Positions 36,723-46,400 of a stretch of DNA of 64,000 nt are shown one piece after another (the first letter of the stretch is position 1; every line of letters starts with the position of its first letter). Position numbers and translations under genes: made by a program. Source of the DNA: Spirochaetia bacterium (GTDB lineage Bacteria > Spirochaetota > Spirochaetia > SZUA-6 > Bin103). The notes under the pieces were generated by a model, which was not told where the DNA came from, searched no databases, and saw only the letters and a program-made list of their open reading frames with translations. Location: assembly GCA_965203905.1 (NCBI GenBank), contig CBDBDQ010000005.1, forward strand, positions 2,784,001-2,848,000, written 5' to 3'.

Positions 36723-38618
36723 ATGCTGAAGAAGCTGGTGACAAGTATCGCGCTCGGCGCCCTGGCGCTGGGCACGGCATGGGCCTATAACGAGGCACCG
36801 ATGCTGGCTGCCAAGGTGGCCGCGGGAGAGCTGCCCCCCGTGGATGAGCGGCTGCCGGCCGAGCCGGTGGTGATTACGCCACTCACCGAGGTGGGCGAGT
36901 ATGGCGGCAACCTGAGCGTCGCCATACCGAGCGCGTGGGCGTGGTTCGGCGATCCGCAGTCGGCGGTCGGCCCGGAGACGCTGATGCGCATCGCCACCGA
37001 CTACACCGGGGTGGTGCCCAACATCGTGCGCTCGTGGGACTGGGAGCCGGACGGCAAGACGGTGGTGATGCACTTCGTGCGCGACGCGAAGTGGTCGGAC
37101 GGCGCACCGTTCAGCGCGGATTCGGTCATGTGGTGGTACGACAACATCACCCTGAACGAGACCCTGACGCCGAACCCGCATACGCGCTGGACGCCCGGCG
37201 GCGAGTTGATGAAGCTCACCCAGTTGGACGACTACACCATCCGCTACGAGTTCGCGGCGCCCTACCCGCTGATCGAGATGCAGTATGCGCACTACTCCGG
37301 CGGCCCCTACTCCTATGCGCCGGGGCACTACCTGGAGCAGTTCCACGAGGACTTCCAGGACGCCGACAAGCTGGCGGAGATGGCCAAGGAGGCGGGCTTC
37401 GACGAGTGGCACCAGTTGTTCAACAACAAGAACCGGGTATGCAGCGTCATCTCGTGCGGCGAGCAGCCCACCATGCAGCCCTACGTGCGCATCGCCTCCA
37501 ACCCGCAGAGCCACACCCTGGAGCGCAACCCCTACTACTGGAAGGTCGATCCGGCCGGCAATCAGCTTCCCTACATCGACGGCGTGACCATCCACGTGGT
37601 GCAGGACCGTGAGGTGATGGTGCTGAAGGCGATCCAGGGCGAGTACGACCTGTTCGGCCAGAACAGCGCGCTGGCCGACTTCCCGGTGTACCAGGAGAAC
37701 AAGGACAAGGCCGGTTACGACGTGTACAACTGGCTGGTGACGGACGCCAACCAGATGGGCATCCAGTTCAACCTGACCATCGAGGATCCGGTGAAGCGCG
37801 AGATCTTCCGCGACAAGCGGTTCCGGATCGCGTTCTCCCACGCCATCGACCGCGACGAGGTCAACGAGGCCACCCAGTTCGGGCTGGCGACGCCGATGCA
37901 GGCCACGGTCCACCGCATGACGCCGTGGTTCAAGGAGGAGTACGCCAACGCCCACGTCGAGTACGACCCGGACGAGTCCAACCGGCTGCTCGACCAGATG
38001 GGCCTGGACCAGCGCGACGCGCAGGGCTTCCGGCTGATGCCGGACGGCCGGCGGCTGTCGGTGACCTGGGAATACCCACCCGACACGCACACCTGGGCAC
38101 CGCCGGTGGTGGAGCTGGTGGTGGACTACGCCAAGGACATCGGCCTGGAGGTGCTGGTGAAGGCGGACGACCGCGCGCTCTACGCCGAGCGCGTGCGCCA
38201 GAATCAGGTGGAGATGAACGAGTGGAACGTTGTCGGATTCACCACCACCATGCTGATCGATCCGCGCGTCTGGGTGCCGTGGCGTGACATGGACGAGGCG
38301 GTCTGGTACACGCAATGGCTGTACTGGTACCTGTCCGGCGGCGAGCGTGGCGAGGAGCCAATCGCCGAGGTGAAGCAGATCCGGGAGTGGTGGGAGCAGT
38401 ACACCACCACCGTGGACCTCGCTGAGCGCGACCGGCTGATCGACAACGTGCTGCGCACGCACGCCGAGAACGCCTTCGTGATCGGCGTCATCGGCGACGT
38501 GATGAAGCCGGTGCTGGTGGACAAGAACCTGGTCAACGTGCCCACCGAGGGCGCGCACGGCTACGACGCCATCCGCTTCCAGCCCAACCACCCGGAGCAG
38601 TTCTTCTTCCGCGGCTAG
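36723..38618 (+). CDS. ABC substrate-binding protein, family 5
   Basis: Signal peptide, YNEAPML, GELPPVDERLP, KWSDGAPF, RNPYYWKVDPAGNQLPYID, PEQFFF; AAGGAG RBS. Confidence 0.93.
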   Translation: MLKKLVTSIALGALALGTAWAYNEAPMLAAKVAAGELPPVDERLPAEPVVITPLTEVGEYGGNLSVAIPSAWAWFGDPQSAVGPETLMRIATDYTGVVPNIVRSWDWEPDGKTVVMHFVRDAKWSDGAPFSADSVMWWYDNITLNETLTPNPHTRWTPGGELMKLTQLDDYTIRYEFAAPYPLIEMQYAHYSGGPYSYAPGHYLEQFHEDFQDADKLAEMAKEAGFDEWHQLFNNKNRVCSVISCGEQPTMQPYVRIASNPQSHTLERNPYYWKVDPAGNQLPYIDGVTIHVVQDREVMVLKAIQGEYDLFGQNSALADFPVYQENKDKAGYDVYNWLVTDANQMGIQFNLTIEDPVKREIFRDKRFRIAFSHAIDRDEVNEATQFGLATPMQATVHRMTPWFKEEYANAHVEYDPDESNRLLDQMGLDQRDAQGFRLMPDGRRLSVTWEYPPDTHTWAPPVVELVVDYAKDIGLEVLVKADDRALYAERVRQNQVEMNEWNVVGFTTTMLIDPRVWVPWRDMDEAVWYTQWLYWYLSGGERGEEPIAEVKQIREWWEQYTTTVDLAERDRLIDNVLRTHAENAFVIGVIGDVMKPVLVDKNLVNVPTEGAHGYDAIRFQPNHPEQFFFRG

Positions 38619-38680
38619 GCGAAGCCGCTCGTTGCACCTGCTGCCGGTCCGGTCGCCCGTGGCCGGCCGGCAGCCTCCCC

Positions 38681-41600
38681 ATGCATCGGACCTATACCCT
38701 CCTCCTCAACGACACGATGCGGGCGCACCTGGTCTCGCTTGGACGCCGGGCCAGGCAGCGCCTGCGCGAGAAGCTGGACCTGCTGAAGGAGGGCATGTGG
38801 GACGGCGGCATGCGGGTCAAGAAGCTCAAGGGCAGCGGGCGCCGCGTGTTCGAAGCTCGGCTCAGCCGCGGCGACCGCATCCTGTTCACGCTGGGTCAGC
38901 CGGCCGCGGACAACCCCGACACCAGTGACCGGCTGACCCGCATCTACGTCTGGGGCGTGGAGCGGCACGATGACGTGTCGGCCGCGGCACGCCGCATCGT
39001 GCCCGCAAACGCCCCGTTCCTCGATTTCCAGCCCGACGCCGTGGAAGAGTTGCCGGAGGAGGGATTCGTCGACGACCTCGACCAGGCCTGCTTTTCGCCG
39101 GCCCTCGACCGGCCGGCGCACACGCCGGATCCCGCGGCGCCTCCCGACGCCGGGCCGCAGCGCTGGCTGGTGGTGGATGACGAAGAGTGGCGGCGCCTGC
39201 AGACGGCGCACGCCAGCGACCACGTGGAGTTGTACCTGTTCCTGACCCGCGAGCAGGCGCGCCTGCTGCACAGCGAACCGCCGCTGCTGCTGTCCGGCAC
39301 CGCCGGCAGCGGCAAGACCACCATCGCGGTCTACTACCTGTTGCGCCACCGGGTGCGTCAGCTCACGGTTGCCGCCGGAGCGCCGGCGCCTGCCCCGGAG
39401 CCGCGGCCCGGCGGCGAACGGGCACTGTTTCTCACCTACAGCCCCCACCTGAAGCGGCTGTCGGAGCGCATCTACCGCGGCCTGGTCAGGGCCACCGACC
39501 TGGAGCGTGCGCCGCACGCGGTGCGCTTCGCCACCTTCGGCGAGTTGCTGGCGGAAATCCTCGGCCAGCGCGGTGGGGAGCGCTGGCAGGCGGCGCCGGC
39601 CGGGCTGGCCGAGTTCCACTCCATCTACGGGAATCTGCCACGCGCGGCGCGCCACGACCCGGAGCTGGTGTGGGAGGAGATTCGCGCCATAATAAAGGGC
39701 GCGAAGCCGCCGGTGAGCCGGCGCCGGTTTGCCGAGTTGGCGGCACGCTTCCAGGCCGCCGCAGCGACGCAGCGCGAGCGCGGCGAGCTGGCCGAGTACG
39801 TGGTGCGGCTGGCCAATCTGGAACTCGGCGACAAGCTCGACGCGGTGCGTGAGCGCAGGACCTCGTTCGCGACCCTGGCGAAGTTCGCCGCCGGTCTGCG
39901 CGACGGCGACGCCGCCCGCGGGGAGGAGCAGCGGTTCCTGCTGGACGCCGCCCTGCGCCTGCTGGACAAGCAGAGCGCACGTCTTGCCCAACCATTGCTC
40001 ACCTTGCGCGAGTACCAGGGGCTGGGAGCCAAGCGGGCGCCCAACTTCCCGGTCGATCGGAGCGATGTATACCGCATCGCCGAGTACTACCAGCAGCAAC
40101 TCGAGGCCGCCGCCCGCTACGACGAAATCGACTTGACGCGTGCGGCGCTGGAGTACCTGGAGCAGCACGGCGAGCAGTTCCGCTACGACCTGGTGGTATG
40201 TGACGAGGTGCAGGACTTCACCGACGTGCAGCTTGCCCTGCTGTTCCGCCTGGCCGTCGATCCGCGCCGTACCGTGCTCACCGGCGATCCCAAGCAGATC
40301 ATCAATCCCAGCGGCTTCCGCTGGGAGGAGGTGCGCGCGCGCTACTACGAGCGCGGCCTGCCGGTGCCGGAGGTGATCAACCTCAGCATCAACTTTCGGA
40401 GCGTCGGCAACATCGTCAGCCTGGCCAACAAGCTGCTGGAGCTGAAAGGCAGCCTGATCGGCCTGGGCAGCGGCGAGATCGCCGAGCGCTGGACGTTCCG
40501 GGGGCGCCCGCCGCTGCTGATCGAGGATCTTCCGGAATCCGAACTGCTGCGCACGGTGCGACTCGGGGGCGCCGGGCAGGTGGTGCTGGCACGCACCGAA
40601 CGGGAGCGCGACCGGCTGCGCAACGCGCTGCAGACCGAGTTGGTGTTCACCATCGGCGAAGCCAAGGGGTTGGAGTTCGACGCGGTGCTGCTGTGGCGCT
40701 TCTCGGCGACCGAGGGCGCACCGGCCATCTGGCGCCGCATCGCCTCCGACCGCGTCCGCGGCGACGCCGACACGCCCCACATCCGCCACGAGTTGAATCT
40801 GCTGTACGTGGCGGTGACGCGGGCGCGCAACTCGCTGGTGATCTGGGACGGCGAGCAGGTCAGTCCGATCTGGGGCATCGAAACCCTGGCCGATCAGGTG
40901 TATCGATCGGCCGACGCGACCGCCTTCGAGACCATCTGGCAGCGGGTGTCCACGCCAGCCGAGTGGGAAGCACAGGGCGACTACTTCGCCGAGCGCGAGC
41001 ACTACGCCGCCGCCGAAGAGTGCTACCGCCACGCCCAGGCGGTGGACAAGGAGGATCTGGCACGCGCCCGTCGCTTGCAGCAGGAGGGGGATCACCGTGC
41101 CGCCGCCGCGCTGTTCCTGCGCCACGGGCGCGCCGTGCCGGCAGCCGAGAACCTGGAGCGCGCGGCGGCGTTCCGGGAGGCGGCGCGGGCATGGCGGCGC
41201 GCCGGGAACGAGCAGCACGCCACGGCCAGCGAGGCACGCCACTACGAGTCCGTGGGCAACTACGCCGCCGCGGCCAGGCGCTGGGAGCAGCTCGGCGTCG
41301 ACGAAGGCATCCTGCGCAACTGGGAGCGGGGCCGGGAGTTCGGCAAGCTGGCCCAGTACCACCTGGGGCGCAAAGCCGGCGCCGAGGCGGCCCATTACCT
41401 CAAGCTGGCGGGTGACCACGCGGCGGCGGCGGTGCAGTTCCGACGTGCGGGGCTGCTGGAGCTCGCGGCACAGGAGTTCGAGCAGGCCGGCGACCATCAG
41501 CGCGCTGCGACCCTCTACCGGCGCCTGAAGGACGGCGGTGCGTTGCTGCGCTGTCTGCTCCACGGTGGCGCGTATCACGATGCCGGCGAGGAGTACGAGA

Positions 41601-43006
41601 AGCGCGGCGACCTGGAGAAGGCCGCCGAGTGCTTCCGCCGCTACGCCGAAAGCTCTTCCGAGGCACGCCAGGACCTGGAGCGGCGCCTCGCCAGGATCAC
41701 CCCCAAGCGCCCCGGGATGCGGGCCGCGGTCCGGCTGGTCGCCCTGGGGCGTGTGGGCGAGGCGGCACCCATCTACGCCCGGCGCGGCCACCAGGAACGG
41801 GCCGCCGAGCTGTTCAGCGCGGCCGGGCGCCACGACAATGCGGCGCTCTGCCTGGCGCAGTGCGGCCGCTACCGGGAGGCGGCGCGCGAGGCGGTCCGCG
41901 GCGGCGACGCTCAAGGCGTCAGGATGGCCACCTCCTATCTGGCCGACTACCTTACCAGCGACCGGTCCGCGGCGCTGATTCGGATCGGCGAGCTGAACCG
42001 GACCGCCGGCCGTCTGGTACGCAACTCCGACTACGAGCATGCGCTGGCGCACTATCTCGCCATCGACGAGGTGAGCGGCCACCTCTACCTGCACGAGGTG
42101 ACGACCATATACGCCAAGCTCGGGCGCCACGCGGACGCGATCGGATACGCCCTGGACCGGGGTGAGAGCGACCCGGCGAACGCCTATCTGAACGCCCGCC
42201 CCGACCTGGTGCTGCCGCTCGCCGCGGCGGAGTCCCTGGCACGCGGTTCGGAGCACCGGCAGCCGCTGTCGCAGGAGCTCCGCGCCGGCGTGGTCGGCGT
42301 ACTGCTCAGGCTCCTGCACGGTTGCCTGTTTCGGGGTGCGGAGCCCGACCGCCGCGCGCGCATCGCCGCGCTCCTGGAGGCGTTGCCCTCGGGGTTTGCC
42401 TACACCTCGCGCCTGTCCTCGGAGTTGAGCGACCTGATGATCGACCTGCGTCTCTACCATCTGCTGGAGGCCACCGCGAAGTTGCACCGGTACCGGGAGG
42501 AGGGAACTGCCGAGTTGCGCTACTTCCAGGAACGGTTGGAACGGACGGTAATGGAGGAGCGCGACCGGGAACTGGCGCTCTGCCTGCTGCTGGACAGACC
42601 CGACGCGTACGAAGCGGCGATCGCGGAGATAGCGCCGACGGAGCGCAACGTGCCGCTGTTCGCCGAGAGCAGCACGCGCTATGCGGAAGCGGTGGCGATT
42701 CTGCTGGATTCGGGCGCCACGAGGGACGCCGCCGAAATCTGCAGGCGTCATCGCGACCACGCCCATTGTGGCAGGATCTACGAAGAGTCCGGGGATCAGC
42801 AGCGCGCGGGGCGCGCCTATCGCGACGGCGGGCTGTACGCCGACGCCCACCGTTGCTTTGCGGCCTGCGGCGACGAAGCCGGCACGGCGCGCGTGTACGA
42901 GCGCGAGTTGCGCTTCGAGCAGGCGCTGGCCATCTGGCAGCGGCTCGGCCGGAAACGCGAAGTGGAACGGCTGAGGAAGAAGATGGGCCACAACCTCGCC
43001 AGATGA
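38681..43006 (+). CDS. RelE-like N-terminal domain + SF1 (UvrD-like) helicase + TPR-like solenoid (TRANK1-like architecture)
   Basis: N-terminal VKKLKG..VFEARLSRGDRILF..HDD. Helicase motifs LTREQ, GTAGSGKT, LTYS, CDEVQD, TGDPKQ, NFRS, EAKGLEF, LYVAVTRAR. About 650 aa of A-x-x-Y/F-x-x-A-G helical repeats. Confidence 0.85.
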   Translation: MHRTYTLLLNDTMRAHLVSLGRRARQRLREKLDLLKEGMWDGGMRVKKLKGSGRRVFEARLSRGDRILFTLGQPAADNPDTSDRLTRIYVWGVERHDDVSAAARRIVPANAPFLDFQPDAVEELPEEGFVDDLDQACFSPALDRPAHTPDPAAPPDAGPQRWLVVDDEEWRRLQTAHASDHVELYLFLTREQARLLHSEPPLLLSGTAGSGKTTIAVYYLLRHRVRQLTVAAGAPAPAPEPRPGGERALFLTYSPHLKRLSERIYRGLVRATDLERAPHAVRFATFGELLAEILGQRGGERWQAAPAGLAEFHSIYGNLPRAARHDPELVWEEIRAIIKGAKPPVSRRRFAELAARFQAAAATQRERGELAEYVVRLANLELGDKLDAVRERRTSFATLAKFAAGLRDGDAARGEEQRFLLDAALRLLDKQSARLAQPLLTLREYQGLGAKRAPNFPVDRSDVYRIAEYYQQQLEAAARYDEIDLTRAALEYLEQHGEQFRYDLVVCDEVQDFTDVQLALLFRLAVDPRRTVLTGDPKQIINPSGFRWEEVRARYYERGLPVPEVINLSINFRSVGNIVSLANKLLELKGSLIGLGSGEIAERWTFRGRPPLLIEDLPESELLRTVRLGGAGQVVLARTERERDRLRNALQTELVFTIGEAKGLEFDAVLLWRFSATEGAPAIWRRIASDRVRGDADTPHIRHELNLLYVAVTRARNSLVIWDGEQVSPIWGIETLADQVYRSADATAFETIWQRVSTPAEWEAQGDYFAEREHYAAAEECYRHAQAVDKEDLARARRLQQEGDHRAAAALFLRHGRAVPAAENLERAAAFREAARAWRRAGNEQHATASEARHYESVGNYAAAARRWEQLGVDEGILRNWERGREFGKLAQYHLGRKAGAEAAHYLKLAGDHAAAAVQFRRAGLLELAAQEFEQAGDHQRAATLYRRLKDGGALLRCLLHGGAYHDAGEEYEKRGDLEKAAECFRRYAESSSEARQDLERRLARITPKRPGMRAAVRLVALGRVGEAAPIYARRGHQERAAELFSAAGRHDNAALCLAQCGRYREAAREAVRGGDAQGVRMATSYLADYLTSDRSAALIRIGELNRTAGRLVRNSDYEHALAHYLAIDEVSGHLYLHEVTTIYAKLGRHADAIGYALDRGESDPANAYLNARPDLVLPLAAAESLARGSEHRQPLSQELRAGVVGVLLRLLHGCLFRGAEPDRRARIAALLEALPSGFAYTSRLSSELSDLMIDLRLYHLLEATAKLHRYREEGTAELRYFQERLERTVMEERDRELALCLLLDRPDAYEAAIAEIAPTERNVPLFAESSTRYAEAVAILLDSGATRDAAEICRRHRDHAHCGRIYEESGDQQRAGRAYRDGGLYADAHRCFAACGDEAGTARVYERELRFEQALAIWQRLGRKREVERLRKKMGHNLAR

Positions 43007-43009
43007 GGA

Positions 43010-43078
43010 CGGCGCACGAACGCGCTGCCGCGGCGGAGGTCCGGCGCCTCTGGCCCCCAGGTCTACGCGGTGTCGTCG
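43010..43078 (+). repeat. degenerate internal copy of the hydantoinase A gene (44663-44730)
   Basis: CACGAACGCGC.GCCG.GGCGGAGGT.CGGCG.CTCTGGCCC..AGGT.TACG.GGTGTCGTCG shared, with a 1-nt insertion. Confidence 0.85.
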
Positions 43079-43229
43079 ACGCTGCCATCCATCCGTACGA
43101 GGTATGCGCGCTCGTGTGGCCGCCGGCAGGTCATATGAACCACGAAGCGACGTAAATTCAAGCAATAAATGGGTATTATTCACTTAAGGCTTGACATTCT
43201 CAGTGAAAGGATGCGACGATAGCACACGC

Positions 43230-44102
43230 GTGGCCACTTCCTCTCCTCTCAGAAATCGCATCCAGGCACTGCACCGGGAGTACGCCAGCCTGCGGCCCGG
43301 CAGGGAATCACTCCTGGCGATGATCGACGAGGCGGAGATCCCCGAGAGCGTCTACAACTCCAATGCCATCGAGAACTCCACCCTCACCCTGGAGGAAACC
43401 GAGAAGATCCTGCTGGAGCAGATGCTGTCCCGCAACGTGTCGGTGCGAGAGGTGTTCGAGGCGGTCAACCTGGCGCGCGTCATCGAGTACCAGCGTAAGA
43501 GGGCCGAGGACACGAACCTGGGCAAGGAACGGATCCTGCTGTTGCACCAGATGCTGATCGGAGCGATAGACGACGACAAAGCCGGCCGGTTTCGCCGACG
43601 CGGGGAGTACGTGCGGGTGGGCACCCACATCGCGCCGGCGCCGGAGCAGGTAGAAGGCATGATCGCAGAGACACTGCTGCAGTATGCCAGTGATCTCGAC
43701 TCCTACTTCCTGGACAGGATCGCTCGATTTCACCTGGACTTCGAAGTGATCCATCCCTTTTGCGACGGCAATGGCCGGGTGGGGCGGGTAATCATCAACG
43801 CTCAACTGCAGAAGCTGGGGTTGCCGCCGTTGATCATTCGCAACTCGGAAAAGCAGACCTACTATCGCGCCTTCCGGGAGTACACCGACCGCAAGCGCAC
43901 CGCGACCATGGAGCGGATCCTGGCGCTGGCCCTGCTGGAGTCTCTGCACAAGCGGCGGAGCTATCTCTTGGGGCAACGCATCACTACGCTGTCGGACTAC
44001 ATCAGACAGGAGGGCGAGTCCGCCCCGGCCGTCACCAACGCCGCCCGCCGCCAGACGATTCCAGCCTTTCGCGAAAAGGGAGTGTGGAAGATCGGCCAGT
44101 GA
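43230..44102 (+). CDS. Fic family protein (class II, N-terminal inhibitory motif)
   Basis: HPFCDGNGRVGR Fic motif; SNAIEN matches the (S/T)xxxE(G/N) autoinhibitory helix; short C-terminal HTH-like tail; TTGACA at 43191. Confidence 0.92.
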   Translation: MATSSPLRNRIQALHREYASLRPGRESLLAMIDEAEIPESVYNSNAIENSTLTLEETEKILLEQMLSRNVSVREVFEAVNLARVIEYQRKRAEDTNLGKERILLLHQMLIGAIDDDKAGRFRRRGEYVRVGTHIAPAPEQVEGMIAETLLQYASDLDSYFLDRIARFHLDFEVIHPFCDGNGRVGRVIINAQLQKLGLPPLIIRNSEKQTYYRAFREYTDRKRTATMERILALALLESLHKRRSYLLGQRITTLSDYIRQEGESAPAVTNAARRQTIPAFREKGVWKIGQ

Positions 44103-44106
44103 TCGC

Positions 44107-46257
44107 ATGGCCATGCAGCAGGATCGTGTGCGCGCTGCAGTGCACGACGTGAGCAACTGGATCACGCGGGTCGCGACCGATGTCGGTGGCACGTTCACCG
44201 ACCTGGTCAGATTCGACATCGATCCCGAGTCGGGCCAGTCGCGCGTGACCTCGGCCAAGACGGCGACCACTCCCCCGGACTTCGAGCGCGGCGTCCTCGA
44301 GGTGCTGCGCAAGGGCGGCGTGCGGCTGAGCGAGATCGACTTTCTCGCCCACGGCACGACCGTCGTGATCAACGCGCTCACCGAGCGCAAGGGGGCGAAG
44401 GTCGGGCTTATCACCACCGAGGGTTTCCGCGACACGCTGGAGATCGCCCGCGGCAACCGGCCCGACCTGTTCAACCTTCACTACCGGAAACCGAAGCCGT
44501 TCGTGCCGCGCTACCTGCGCCGCGAGCTGCCGGGCCGGATGAACTACCGCGGCGCAGAAGTGCAGCCGCTGGACCGGTCCCCGCTGGTGGCGATCGTCGC
44601 GGATTTCCGTGCCGACGGCGTGCAGGCGGTGGCGATCTGCTTCCTGCATTCCTACGCCAACCCGGCACACGAACGCGCCGCCGAGGCGGAGGTGCGGCGG
44701 CTCTGGCCCGAGGTTTACGTGGTGTCGTCGCACCGCGTCGCGCGCGAGTGGCGCGAGTACGAGCGCACCAGCACCACGGTGCTTTCCGCCTTCGTCCAGC
44801 CCACGGCCGAGCGCTACCTGCGTCGCCTGAGCGACGGCCTCGCCGGCTGGGGCTTTGCGGGCAGTCCCTACGTCATGCAGTCCAACGGCGGCATCGACTC
44901 GCTCGAGGCCGCGGCCCGGACGCCGATCACGATGATCGAATCGGGACCATCCTCCGGTGTGTGGGGCGCCGCTCGGCTGGGGGCGCTGATCGGCGACCGG
45001 AACATCATCGCCCTCGACATCGGTGGCACGACGGCGAAGTGCTCGCTCATCGACCGCGGCAATATCAGGATCGTGACCGACTACTGGATCGGGCGGGACG
45101 GCAGGTCGGCGGGCTACCCGGTGATGGTGCCGGTGGTGGACATGGTCGAGATCGGCAACGGCGGCGGTTCGATCGCCTGGGCCGACGACTTCGGGAAGCT
45201 GCACGTAGGACCGCGTTCGGCGGGCGCCGTCCCCGGTCCGGCGGCGTACGGCATGGGCGGCCGGGACGCGACCACCACCGACGCCAATCTCTGGCTGGGA
45301 AGGATCAACCGCGACTACTTCTGCGGCGGTGAGTTGAACGCGGACATGGACGCCGTGGAAGCGGCGCTGCGAGAGGTGGGCGGCCGCCTCGGCCTCGGGC
45401 CCGACCAGGCGGCGGCCGGTATCGTCCGGATCGCCAACAACAACATGGTCAACGCGCTCAAGCTGGTGTCGCTCAACCGCGGGTTCGACCCCCGCGAGTT
45501 CACCCTCGTCGCGTTCGGCGGCGGCGGCGGCATGCACGCGGTCGCGCTCGCCGGCGAGCTCGGCATCTCCAAGGTGGTGATACCGCGGGACGCGGCGGTG
45601 TTCTCGGCGTGGGGAATGATGATGTCGGACCTGCGCCGCGACTACATCGCCACGCGCCTGGTCGACCTGGTCCCGGAAAACGCGGAGGCGATCGAGAACA
45701 CCCTGGTCGAGACCGAGGCGGCGGCACTGACGCAGTTCGGCAGCGAAGGCGTCGCCCCAGAGCGTCTGTCGCTCAGGAGGTTCGGCAAGTTCCGCTACCA
45801 GAACCAGGAACACACCACCGAGGTCGCGCTTGGCGAGAGTGAGGTGACGGAGGACCGCATTCGCGAAATCAGGAGCGCGTTCGAAACGGAATACGAACGT
45901 GAATACACCTACCGCCTGGATGCCCCCGTGGAGATGGTCGGTATCCACGTCACCGCGACGGCACAGGTGGGTCGCGTCGAGATCAAGCGGCAGGAGCTCG
46001 GCCCCGAAAGCGCGCGCGGGGCGCAGAAATCCTCCCGCAAGGTCGACTTCGCGCCGGAAGGAGTGTTCGAGACGGCGATCTACGACGGCAGCAGGCTCAG
46101 GCCGGGCATGCGCTTTTCCGGTCCGGCAATAGTCGAGGATGCGGCCTCGACCGTGGTCGTGCACCGTGGCAACGACGCCGAGGTGGACGGCTTCGGCAAC
46201 GTCGTCATCCACCTCCATGACCCCGTCACGCTCGAAGCCGTCAGGACCGTTCCATGA
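44107..46257 (+). CDS. hyuA: hydantoinase A / 5-oxoprolinase ATP-binding subunit
   Basis: DVGGTFTD, HGTTVVINAL, ESGP, DIGGTT, GPRSAGAVPGPAAYG.GG, AFGGGGGMHA. Start may be GTG 44149. Confidence 0.92.
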   Translation: MAMQQDRVRAAVHDVSNWITRVATDVGGTFTDLVRFDIDPESGQSRVTSAKTATTPPDFERGVLEVLRKGGVRLSEIDFLAHGTTVVINALTERKGAKVGLITTEGFRDTLEIARGNRPDLFNLHYRKPKPFVPRYLRRELPGRMNYRGAEVQPLDRSPLVAIVADFRADGVQAVAICFLHSYANPAHERAAEAEVRRLWPEVYVVSSHRVAREWREYERTSTTVLSAFVQPTAERYLRRLSDGLAGWGFAGSPYVMQSNGGIDSLEAAARTPITMIESGPSSGVWGAARLGALIGDRNIIALDIGGTTAKCSLIDRGNIRIVTDYWIGRDGRSAGYPVMVPVVDMVEIGNGGGSIAWADDFGKLHVGPRSAGAVPGPAAYGMGGRDATTTDANLWLGRINRDYFCGGELNADMDAVEAALREVGGRLGLGPDQAAAGIVRIANNNMVNALKLVSLNRGFDPREFTLVAFGGGGGMHAVALAGELGISKVVIPRDAAVFSAWGMMMSDLRRDYIATRLVDLVPENAEAIENTLVETEAAALTQFGSEGVAPERLSLRRFGKFRYQNQEHTTEVALGESEVTEDRIREIRSAFETEYEREYTYRLDAPVEMVGIHVTATAQVGRVEIKRQELGPESARGAQKSSRKVDFAPEGVFETAIYDGSRLRPGMRFSGPAIVEDAASTVVVHRGNDAEVDGFGNVVIHLHDPVTLEAVRTVP

Positions 46258-46400
46258 CAACGCGACAGCACGACCCAATCACGTTCGAAATGGTCGAGAG
46301 CCCGCTGCGGGCCGCTGCCGAAAGGACCATCCCATGAAAGCGCGAAAGCATGACCCCATTACGCTTGAGATCATTCAGAACTCGGTGCAGGCGGCGGCCG
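46216..46400 (+). repeat. three tandem degenerate copies of the hydantoinase B 5' end
   Basis: HDPVTLE (end of hyuA), MTTRQHDPITFE..LRAAAE (46254-46337), MKARKHDPITLE..VQAAAD (46334 onward). Linkers AGGACCGTTCCATGA and AGGACCATCCCATGA. Confidence 0.75.

Noticed and set aside
36420-38591. 723-aa minus-strand ORF
   Set aside because: Mirror frame of the family-5 SBP.
38615-43183. 1522-aa minus-strand ORF
   Set aside because: Antisense shadow of the helicase gene caused by high-GC codon bias; no recognisable motifs.
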